Positions 37,817 through 37,863 of a stretch of DNA of 37,863 bases are shown here, piece by piece. Within the stretch, counting starts at the first letter, position 1. The number at the start of each line of letters is the position of its first letter. Both the position numbers and the translations under genes were made by a program. Source of the stretch: an uncultured virus (IMG/VR IMGVR_UViG_3300025122_005623) (Duplodnaviria > Heunggongvirae > Uroviricota > Caudoviricetes); the IMG/VR virus record IMGVR_UViG_3300025122_005623, one strand, 5' to 3'. Under the pieces are notes generated by a model, which saw nothing but the letters and a program-made list of their open reading frames with translations, was not told where the DNA came from and did not search any database.

Positions 37817-37863
37817 TTAATTCTCGCCGGTTTCTTTCGAATCTGCATACTGAGAATAGATAA
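37817..37863 (-). CDS. Possible 3' end of an upstream gene
   Basis: Open frame ...IYSQYADSKETGEN-TAA ending just before the promoter; too short to be sure. Confidence 0.3.
   Translation of the reverse strand, partial: IYSQYADSKETGEN

Noticed and set aside
1..37863. Stop-codon reassignment, introns or inteins
   Set aside because: The standard code gives near-complete coding density, TAA/TAG/TGA all end genes, and no intein or homing-endonuclease motif was recognised.

Overview
This 37.9 kb window looks like part of a large, T4-like contractile-tailed bacteriophage genome. All credible genes are on the minus strand and tightly packed, often with overlapping stop and start codons. In transcription order (right to left) it has four blocks. 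(1) A near-consensus sigma70 promoter precedes small hypothetical genes, an HXGH nucleotidyltransferase, a PIN-PhoH protein, an HEXXH metallopeptidase-like protein and a Cas4/RecB-like nuclease. (2) A ~19 kb, 25-gene glycan-biosynthesis island (13838-33093) encodes six glycosyltransferase-like genes, WecB, a shortened DegT aminotransferase, a GNAT, four FkbM-like methyltransferases, four SDR sugar-nucleotide enzymes, a split HldA/HldC-like pair, a HAD phosphatase, a cupin and a sulfotransferase-like protein. (3) Small regulatory genes include a gp55-like sigma factor. (4) A baseplate module has an apparently split gp5-like spike/lysozyme, a 2410-aa unknown protein, gp25 and a gp6-like wedge. 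No tRNA, rRNA, CRISPR array or mobile element was seen. All product calls rest on motif recognition by eye, not database searches.
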